Shown here piece after piece: positions 39,050-47,595 of a stretch of DNA of 47,595 nucleotides (its first letter is position 1; each line of letters opens with the position of its first letter). Made by a program: the position numbers and the translations under genes. This DNA comes from Octopus bimaculoides (taxonomy: Eukaryota). The notes beneath the pieces were generated by a model. That model worked only from the letters and a program-made list of their open reading frames with translations. It was not told where the DNA came from and made no database searches. The DNA lies in NCBI RefSeq assembly GCF_001194135.2, contig NC_068983.1, positions 20,915,397 through 20,962,991 on the forward strand, in the 5' to 3' direction.

Positions 39050-39930
39050 NNNNNNNNNNNNNNNNNNNNNNNNNNNNNNNNNNNNNNNNNNNNNNNNNNN
39101 NNNNNNNNNNNNNNNNNNNNNNNNNNNNNNNNNNNNNNNNNNNNNNNNNNNNNNNNNNNNNNNNNNNNNNNNNNNNNNNNNNNNNNNNNNNNNNNNNNNN
39201 NNNNNNNNNNNNNNNNNNNNNNNNNNNNNNNNNNNNNNNNNNNNNNNNNNNNNNNNNNNNNNNNNNNNNNNNNNNNNNNNNNNNNNNNNNNNNNNNNNNN
39301 NNNNNNNNNNNNNNNNNNNNNNNNNNNNNNNNNNNNNNNNNNNNNNNNNNNNNNNNNNNNNNNNNNNNNNNNNNNNNNNNNNNNNNNNNNNNNNNNNNNN
39401 NNNNNNNNNNNNNNNNNNNNNNNNNNNNNNNNNNNNNNNNNNNNNNNNNNNNNNNNNNNNNNNNNNNNNNNNNNNNNNNNNNNNNNNNNNNNNNNNNNNN
39501 NNNNNNNNNNNNNNNNNNNNNNNNNNNNNNNNNNNNNNNNNNNNNNNNNNNNNNNNNNNNNNNNNNNNNNNNNNNNNNNNNNNNNNNNNNNNNNNNNNNN
39601 NNNNNNNNNNNNNNNNNNNNNNNNNNNNNNNNNNNNNNNNNNNNNNNNNNNNNNNNNNNNNNNNNNNNNNNNNNNNNNNNNNNNNNNNNNNNNNNNNNNN
39701 NNNNNNNNNNNNNNNNATATATATATACCCATAAACGCACATATATATATATATATATATACATACATAGAAATATATACACACACACACACATACAGAC
39801 ACATACCTACATAAGCACGGAGGTAGACATATAGAGGAGACACCAAAAATATATACATATAAAACACGACACAATTATCACTTCCTTCCGCTCACAGCTT
39901 AGCTTTCCTTCGCCAGAAAATTACATTTAC

Positions 39931-40027
39931 GTTTACGTTCATTTCCTTTATCAAATCGATGTTCATCACTGCTAAGAATAATGGCAGGCAACAGCAAAAG
40001 ATAAACTGTTGCACAAGACATCTTCAT
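39931..40027 (-). CDS. Candidate first coding exon, signal-peptide-like: MKMSCATVYLLLLPAIILSSDEHRFDKGNERK
   Basis: ATG at 40027, then a basic n-region, a hydrophobic core and a small-residue cleavage region. Three tandem phase-1 GT sites (exon ends 39937, 39931 or 39925). Possible acceptor ctttctttcattttaccgtactgattactag| at 40111. Confidence 0.3.
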
Positions 40028-41059
40028 AGCATATCTCGTAGAACGTGAGCTTTAGCAGCCAACCGTCTGTTTCATGTTACGTTGTATTCGTCCAACGACA
40101 GGAGCAGTAACTAGTAATCAGTACGGTAAAATGAAAGAAAGTCTTATGCATTATATATATGTATGTATGTATATATATATATATATATATATTANNNNNN
40201 NNNNNNNNNNNNNNNNNNNNNNNNNNNNNNNNNNNNNNNNNNNNNNNNNNNNNNNNNNNNNNNNNNNNNNNNNNNNNNNNNNNNNNNNNNNNNNNNNNNN
40301 NNNNNNNNNNNNNNNNNNNNNNNNNNNNNNNNNNNNNNNNNNNNNNNNNNNNNNNNNNNNNNNNNNNNNNNNNNNNNNNNNNNNNNNNNNNNNNNNNNNN
40401 NNNNNNNNNNNNNNNNNNNNNNNNNNNNNNNNNNNNNNNNNNNNNNNNNNNNNNNNNNNNNNNNNNNNNNNNNNNNNNNNNNNNNNNNNNNNNNNNNNNN
40501 NNNNNNNNNNNNNNNNNNNNNNNNNNNNNNNNNNNNNNNNNNNNNNNNNNNNNNNNNNNNNNNNNNNNNNNNNNNNNNNNNNNNNNNNNNNNNNNNNNNN
40601 NNNNNNNNNNNNNNNNNNNNNNNNNNNNNNNNNNNNNNNNNNNNNNNNNNNNNNNNNNNNNNNNNNNNNNNNNNNNNNNNNNNNNNNNNNNNNNNNNNNN
40701 NNNNNNNNNNNNNNNNNNNNNNNNNNNNNNNNNNNNNNNNNNNNNNNNNNNNNNNNNNNNNNNNNNNNNNNNNNNNNNNNNNNNNNNNNNNNNNNNNNNN
40801 NNNNNNNNNNNNNNNNNNNNNNNNNNNNNNNNNNNNATATATATATATATATATATATATAATGTGTGTGTTTGCATATGTGTGTGAGTTTGTTTGTAAG
40901 TATATATACATACACATACATCCATACAATTAGACATCCACACATACACTCCCGCGCAGAGTTACTCACACACGCAGATGTAGTCATGTGTATATGTGTG
41001 TGTGTGTGTTCATGTGCGCGAATATGCGTCTGTATGTATGTGTTTCTGTAAATATGTAC

Positions 41060-41190
41060 ACTTACCAATGTGTTTTGGTATGAATGTTTGAATATTGCGG
41101 TCGCTCCGTACTAGAAATGACGTCAACGTAAATCTACAATGCCATATATGGAAACCTAATCAATAATACATGATAATCACCAGCCATTGG
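41060..41190 (-). promoter_or_regulatory. Candidate promoter and short non-coding first exon: CRE, CArG box, CCAAT box, followed by a consensus donor
   Basis: TGACGTCA 41118-25; CCATATATGG 41142-51; CCAAT on the minus strand 41190-86; minus-strand TTG|GTAAGT donor at 41065-41060. Confidence 0.45.
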
Positions 41191-41619
41191 CGTCGATAAT
41201 ACCCGGTTGGCATCCGTGGTTTTATTGCACTTACTAGACAAATGCACTGAATAATTTGACAATGTTTTCACGGGTCTTTTAAAGTGTATCACCTTAAACG
41301 ACATTAACTCCAATTTTTATTTTTATTCAGCAATTGATTAAAATATATAACAAGAATATGCTGATACTTTTTTTACGTTAAGTAGAAAACGTTTATACCA
41401 TTTTCTGTTCCTTCCACATTTTTGCGTCAGTTGGAATTATTCAAAATTACAGAATAAGTTCCAACAGTACAATAGAATCGATTCTATCGTTTCGATATGC
41501 AATATTGAAGTTCGTGAATGGAATTGTGATGGTCGCCAGAGAATTTTAGTAATTTCTTTTCTCTTAAGCGGCGTTAACTTCGTCATTTCTCTAGACAATT
41601 ACATTTCCTATCGATATAA

Positions 41620-42000
41620 GTCGGTGAGTTAACAACATTTGTAGCACGCCGATCAAACTGCTAAACGGAATTTCATCTACCTCTATGTCCTAAGGAGAAA
41701 TTCCACTGAGGTCAACTCTTCCTTAATCCTCTGGGGGCGCGGGGTATAAAATAAGTTTCGTTGTAGTCCACTAGTACCTGTCCTAAAATGTCAGGCTTGT
41801 GTCTATATAGTAAACAGTATCGGTAACACTTCGAAAAAAAAATGCATAGCAGCATTTCTTCTGGCTTTACGTGCTGAGTTCAAATTCTGCCGATGTTGAC
41901 TTTGCCTTTCCTCAGTTCGAAGGTATCCGTTGATCAATGGCGTCGATCAAATCGACTATCCTCTCCGCCAAAATTTCAGAATTCATGCCCACGGTTGAAA
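41620..42000 (+). mobile_element. Two degenerate SINE type B fragments in tandem
   Basis: gtgag...tagcacgccg...gaggtcaact (about 41620-41800) and aaaatgcatagc...gctgagttcaaattctgccga.gttgactttgcctttc (about 41835-42000). Confidence 0.65.
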
Positions 42001-42045
42001 TACTCCTTTCCTACCGTCATACAAACCAAATAAGGTGGCTAGCTA

Positions 42046-42211
42046 GAGTGGCTGTGTGGTAAGTAGCTTGCTTACCGACCACATGGTTCCGGGTTCATTC
42101 CCACTGCATGGCACCTTGAGCAAGTGTCTTCTACTATAGCCTCGGGCAGACCAAAGCCTTGTGATTGGATTTGGTAGACGGATACTGAAAGAAGCCCGTC
42201 GTGTATATATG

Positions 42212-42269
<58 letters not shown>

Positions 42270-42370
42270 CGTATGTCTACATACCTATAAAACTCTATCT
42301 ATACATATGTATATATATATTTATATGAATATATATGTATATACGTATACACACATATAAATATATGTGC

Positions 42371-42416
<46 letters not shown>

Positions 42417-42627
42417 ATATGTCTGTGTGTCTATGCTTGTCCCCCTCTAACATCGCTTGACAACCGATGCTGGTATGTTTACGTCCCTGTAACTGAGTGC
42501 TTCAGCAAAAAGACCGATAGAATAAGTACTAGGCTTCCAAAGAATAAGTCCTGTGGTCGGTTTGCTCGACTAAAGGCGGTGCTCCAGCATGGCCGCAGTC
42601 AAATAACTGAAACAAGAAAAAGAGAGT
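42046..42627 (+). mobile_element. SINE type A, full length, with expanded internal TA/TG microsatellite, nested in a type B SINE
   Basis: Head gagtggctgtgtggtaagtagc, tail gaaacaagaaaaagagagt. Preceded by aaggtggctagct and followed by acaccgggcaaaatgcttag..., the continuation of the type B head. Confidence 0.92.
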
Positions 42628-42810
42628 ACACCGGGCAAAATGCTTAGTGGTATTTTGTCCGTCTGTACGTTCTGAGTTCAAATTCCGCCGAGGTAGTATT
42701 TGCATTTCATCTTTTCAGGATCGATAAAATAAGCTACACTGGGATTGATCAAATCGATTTACTTCGTACCCGCTAAATGATTGGCCTTCTGCCAAAATTG
42801 GGAACAAATA
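42628..42810 (+). mobile_element. SINE type B (CORE-like), remainder after the nested insertion
   Basis: ccgggcaaaatgcttagtggtattt...acgttctgagttcaaattccgccgagg...tttgcatttcatc...tcgataaaataag. Confidence 0.85.
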
Positions 42811-43341
42811 TTCAAACCATATGATAATCATTTATCAATCAATCTGAAAGTGGCTGTTACCAAAGATGCCATTGATTGTTTTAAAGAGCATCTGCAACAA
42901 TCTGTAAACTTGGCTTTTTTAAAGTAATCGAAAACATTTCTTGTAAAGTAACATAAATGGCTCATTACTCCTGAAGTCGTTCTCAGCAGAAACTTTTAGT
43001 GATATTGCTTTTTATTCAAAATGTATCACACACACATGCACACACACATTGAGGAGGATGAAAATATATTTAGGAAATATTTGTAGTGCGCATCTCATAG
43101 AGTTTGCGTTCAAATAATTCTTGGATAAATTTAAAACCTTTCAAAACATATTTTAATTTTATTAAACTTGAAAATAAATACGTTCTGCTTTTCACTCTTC
43201 GTAAATTCCATACTTAACGGGAAGCTCTGATTTAATGACCACCACTTGTCTGTTTCTTGGACTGGTAACGAAACTGCTTTCTCGACCATCTTTGACAATA
43301 GAGTTGATACGAGTATGTTTCAATAGCAGATTAAAGAGAGA

Positions 43342-44644
43342 GACAGTGTTATCAACAAGTATCCAGACTGTTGCTATAGTAACGAAGTTAAAGCTCGCAG
43401 AGTAAAACCGATTGGCACAGATTGATCTTGGTCTTTGCTGTGCATGCGAACTAATTTTTAACGTTCTAGCTCACTTCTGCTGTTCACAGCAGTACTTGGA
43501 AAGAAGGTGTGTAGCGTGTGACTGTCGCGTTGACCATGACAGTGACAGTTGTCATGGTGATACCTGCTCAGAGCTCTATGCAAAGTAACAGAAGTTTGTG
43601 GAGAGGAGTGTATGAGCCGCACACAAATGGCGTAGGAGTGGCTGTGTGGTAAGTAGCTTGCTTACCAACCACATGGTTCCGGGTCCAGTCCCACTGCGTG
43701 GCATCTTGGGCAAGTGTCTTCTACTATAGCCTCGGGTCGACTAAAGCCTTGTGAGTGGATTTGATAGAGGGAAACTGAAAGAAGCCCGTCGTATATATGT
43801 ATATATGTATGTGTGCGTATATGTTTGTGTGTCTGTGTTTGTCCCCCCAACATCGCTTGACAACTGATGCTGGTGTGTTTACTTCCCCATAACTTAGCGG
43901 TTCGGCAAGTGACCGATAGAATAAGTACGAGGCTTCCAAAGAATAAGTCCTGGGGTCGATTTGCTGGACTAAAGGCGGTACTCCAGCATGGCCGCAGTCA
44001 AATGACTGAAACAAGTAAAAGAATGAAAGAGTAAGTGCACGAGTGGTTCAAACGTTTCAAAGATGGCCGAAAAAGTGGCGATATTGACGAACGTTCTGGG
44101 AGAGCCGCAACCAGCAATACTAAGAAAAACATCGCAGATGTGTGTGCAGTTGTGTAGGGAAAACGTCGAATCACCATCTGAGAGTTATGAGAGTATGTGC
44201 AGATTAGTTACGGTTCAGTTCATTTCATTATCCCTGAAGATATGGGCATGAGACACGTGTCTGCCATGTTTGTGCCAAAACTGCTTTCAGCTGACCAGAA
44301 ACACACTTGCGTTTCGGTCGCACAAGATCTCCTTCATTGTGTTGAGAACGTGAAAACTATTGGAAAACTTTGCGCAGGCCCCTGAGCAGGTATCGCCAAG
44401 CTTTTGGCAAACTTTGATGCAGATTCTATGCTCAGCTTTCTCTGTCGTTGTCAATGCAACGACCACATGCTACACACGTATCTTCCAAGCACTGCTGCAA
44501 ACAGCGGAAGTGAGCTAGAACGTTAAAACCCAGTCTGCATGCACCTTAGTGTTGAAACTCAATTTATGGCAGGTGGTTTTACTCTGCGTGTTTTAGCTTC
44601 CTTACTATGGCAACAGTCCGGGGACTTATTGATCAGACCACGTA
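43342..44644 (+). mobile_element. Internally deleted mariner derivative with two copies of the 5' end as about 250-bp inverted arms
   Basis: 43342-43585 aligns to the reverse complement of 44368-44642. The central part translates VHEWFKRFKDGR...ERSGR...QISYGSVHFII.EDMGMRHVSAMFVPKLLSADQK (mariner HTH plus WVPHEL-equivalent motif). Ends in TA. Confidence 0.9.
43629..44034 (+). mobile_element. SINE type A, full length, inserted into the mariner ORF
   Basis: The mariner reading ...SRTQ | VHEWFKRF is split exactly by ggcgtaggagtggctgtgtgg...gaaagagtaa. Confidence 0.95.
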
Positions 44645-45440
44645 TATGTCTGGTACATAATGCATAAAAATGTTTCTGCAAACTGTACTGCATGACCCCA
44701 AAAATATTGGGGGGGGGGTAAAGATTCTTCACTCTTCCTAGAGGGATTAAGATAAATGCGATAAAATTTATGATTGATAACGCTAAATATGATCATTACC
44801 GTGCAGGCCTTTTTTTTTCGATTCTTTATTTAGAGAGCGATATCTAATAAGAATAATTATGTCAGAAACTAGTGATAGATGAGTTTATGCATAATGATGA
44901 TGATGAGGAGGAGGAGGAGGAGNNNNNNNNNNNNNNNNNNNNNNNNNNNNNNNNNNNNNNNNNNNNNNNNNNNNNNNNNNNNNNNNNNNNNNNNNNNNNN
45001 NNNNNNNNNNNNNNNNNNNNNNNNNNNNNNNNNNNNNNNNNNNNNNNNNNNNNNNNNNNNNNNNNNNNNNNNNNNNNNNNNNNNNNNNNNNNNNNNNNNN
45101 NNNNNNNNNNNNNNNNNNNNNNNNNNNNNNNNNNNNNNNNNNNNNNNNNNNNNNNNNNNNNNNNNNNNNNNNNNNNNNNNNNNNNNNNNNNNNNNNNNNN
45201 NNNNNNNNNNNNNNNNNNNNNNNNNNNNNNNNNNNNNNNNNNNNNNNNNNNNNNNNNNNNNNNNNNNNNNNNNNNNNNNNNNNNNNNNNNNNNNNNNNNN
45301 NNNNNNNNNNNNNNNNNNNNNNNNNNNNNNNNNNNNNNNNNNNNNNNNNNNNNNNNNNNNNNNNNNNNNNNNNNNNNNNNNNNNNNNNNNNNNNNNNNNN
45401 NNNAGCACGTTATAAAAATAAAACTACTGAATAATAATAA

Positions 45441-45997
45441 ATGCCCGAAGGCAGTACCAGGCAATGGCTCTCATGGCTTTCTGATCTTAATTGATTGGAA
45501 GTGTTATCACGTACATTGTTTTGTCTTGGTATAAAAGATGGGCTACAGTAAATATTCCGCTTAATACCACAGATTTGCTTGTCAGTTGTTTGACCTTAAC
45601 CAGTTGAGCATGTCCCTTGGTGGCTAACGATATGTGCACCTCTGATCATGAGCAGAGGTAGTGGGAGAGCATCATAGCCATGTGTTGAGAGGAATTCTTT
45701 GGGGTTTGAATAATTCACCTATGGAAACATGGGTGTTTTAGTCAACATCCTTAAACAAACCTTATTCAGGGACCTTGTGAGCGGTATGGACTACCCGACG
45801 TGAAGAAAATTCTAACTGGGCCCCACCTGCGAGGTCATGCGCTGTTTATCTTGATATGAGATCACCATGTCGCGCACATATGGTTGTGATGCATGTGACT
45901 GGTGTACCCTTATCAGACGCGTGGTCATGATGGGTATAATGGGCTTCGTATATTTTACCCCAGTGTCACTTTGATGGCATGCACTGCTCTCTCACTC
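45441..45997 (+). mobile_element. About 560-bp interspersed element bounded by (AAT)n on both sides, probably non-autonomous and Dong-associated
   Basis: aataataataa|atgcccgaagg...ctctctcactc|aataataat. Unique-looking, GC-richer body with no long ORF. I recall it as a common octopus repeat (unverified). Confidence 0.55.
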
Positions 45998-46087
<90 letters not shown>

Positions 46088-46170
46088 AATATAAATAATA
46101 ATAATAACAACAATAATAATAATAAGTATCATTATTATTATTAATATTATTAATATTATTATTATTATTA
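45998..46170. repeat. (AAT)n abutting (ATT)n, tails of two opposed retroposons
   Basis: Direct reading. Confidence 0.95.
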
Positions 46171-46350
46171 TTTCTACAATAGGCACAAGGCCTGAAATGT
46201 TGGAGAGGGGCCTGGTACTTAATTTATCGACCCCAAAAGGATGAAAGGCAAAGTCGACCTTGGCGGACGCTGAAATCAGAACGTAACGACTGGCGAAATA
46301 CCGCTAAGCATTTTGCCCGGCGTGCTAAAGATTTTGCCACCTCGCACCCT
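46171..46350 (-). mobile_element. SINE type B (CORE-like)
   Basis: Reverse complement reads agggtgcgaggtggcaaaatctttagcacgccgggcaaaatgcttagcggtatttcg...ggtcgactttgcctttcatccttttggggtcgataaattaagtaccag. Confidence 0.9.
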
Positions 46351-46367
46351 TAATAATAATAATAATG

Positions 46368-46404
<37 letters not shown>

Positions 46405-46414
46405 CAACAACAAC

Positions 46415-46453
<39 letters not shown>

Positions 46454-46457
<4 letters not shown>

Positions 46458-47595
46458 GACTAAGCAACTGGAAGGCACCTGGACACGACAAGAACACCAA
46501 TTTCTGGTTAAAACACCTGCCAGGAATGCATAAAAAGCTGGCAGAAAACTTTAAAAACGTACTAGCAGAGCCAGAGACAATGCCTGAATGGCTCACGAAA
46601 GGGAAACCCATCTTAATCGCCAAATCCACGGAAACAGAGAAACCACAAAACTATAGACCTATAACCTGTCTCCATACGATCTACAAGGCCTTTACTGCAA
46701 TAATATCGCAGAGATTGAGTAAGCACCTTGAAAATAACAACCTGTTTCCAGAAGAGCAGAAGGGATGCTGCAAGGGCTCATACGGCTGTAAAGACCAATT
46801 ATTGATCAATAAAGCCATAACTGAAGACAGCCGCAGAAAGAAGAAAGGCCTCAGTATGGCCTGGGTGGACTACCAAAAGGCTTTCGACAGTGTTCCCCAC
46901 ACGTGGATTCTAGAAACACTAGCCATAAACAAGGTGGCACCAATTATTATAAAATACATAGGGCACCCAATGAACAAATGGCAGACAGTGCTACAGCTCC
47001 AAACAAAAGAGGGACTTGTGAAAACGAAAGCCATCCCCATTAGAAGAGGAATATACCAGGGAGACACGCTATCTTCACTCCTGTTCTGCCTGGCTCTCAC
47101 ACCTTTGACTGAATTGCTAAATAGAACTGGATGCGGTTACAAATGCTACGGAAAAACAGTCAGCCACCTTCTATATATGGATGACCTAAAATGATATTCT
47201 AAAAACGACAAAGAGCTAGAAACACTACTACAGACAGTACACAACTTTACCAAGGAAATAGATATGAAATTCGGATTAGAAAAATGTACCAAAGCAACCC
47301 TGAAAAGAGGAAAATTAGTTAAAAGTAGCAATATAACACTAGATAAAGCCAATGAAATAAGAGAACTAGACGAAAGCCAACCATACAAGTATTTAGGAGT
47401 CAATGAACTAGATAGGATACAACATACACAAATGAAAGAAAAAATAAAGAAAGAGTACTATAGACGAGTTAGATCAATACTAAAAACAGAGCTCAATGCT
47501 AAAAACAAGATAATGGGTATCAACACTTTAGCTGTCTCAGTTATAAGCTACAGCTACAACATCCTTAACTGGACACTAAACGAACTATGTAAAAT
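46454..47595 (+). pseudogene. 5'-truncated R4/Dong-clade non-LTR retrotransposon reverse transcriptase, running off the window end
   Basis: NWKAPGHD, NYRPITCL, EEQKGC, WVDYQKAFDSVPH, RGIYQGDTLS, HLLYMDDLK, KFGLEKC, YKYLG. One in-frame TGA at 47192-94 and the frame continues to the end. The 5' junction is in (AAT)n, the known Dong target type. Confidence 0.93.

Noticed and set aside
45441-45520. HDV-like ribozyme expected at the 5' end of an R4/Dong-related element
   Set aside because: I could not build the nested double pseudoknot by eye. Only a simple hairpin is evident.
811-45534. Long ORFs in the supplied track that span N-gaps or consist of YI/CV/HT dipeptide runs
   Set aside because: Artefacts of N runs and dinucleotide microsatellites, which contain no stop codons.
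1-47595. CRISPR arrays, operons, rRNA or other prokaryotic systems
   Set aside because: No regularly spaced repeat-spacer array, no gene-dense segment and no rRNA-like sequence. The window is typical repeat-rich animal DNA.

Overview
AT-rich (TA/CA/GAT/AAT microsatellite-dense) eukaryotic DNA with about 5 kb of N-gaps, typical of a short-read animal assembly. The SINE families and repeat landscape look like an octopus (coleoid cephalopod) genome; this is inferred from my recollection of the repeat families and was not checked. No intact protein-coding gene is certain. Well-supported content: a 5'-truncated R4/Dong-clade LINE reverse transcriptase (46454-end, one stop) sitting in (AAT)n; two decayed mariner elements, both forming large inverted repeats; a decayed LINE ORF1-like region with a CCCH-finger remnant; three tRNA-derived SINE types, some nested; and hAT-, Tigger/pogo- and Merlin-like MITEs. 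Most interesting: (1) several minimal type I hammerhead ribozyme (HHR) motifs of the Penelope-like-element kind. One has an intact core and occurs on both strands in a 182-bp, 181/182-identical inverted repeat (34723-35157). One sits in a 333-bp, hairpin-dense, TSD-flanked retrozyme-like insert (30962-31294). Older decayed copies lie at about 11.4-12.0 kb and 28.9 kb. (2) A tentative spliced minus-strand gene with a CRE + CArG + CCAAT promoter cluster (41118-41190), a GTAAGT donor, a signal-peptide-like exon (40027-39931) and a phase-compatible 99-nt exon (38082-37984), which would encode a small secreted or prohormone-like protein.
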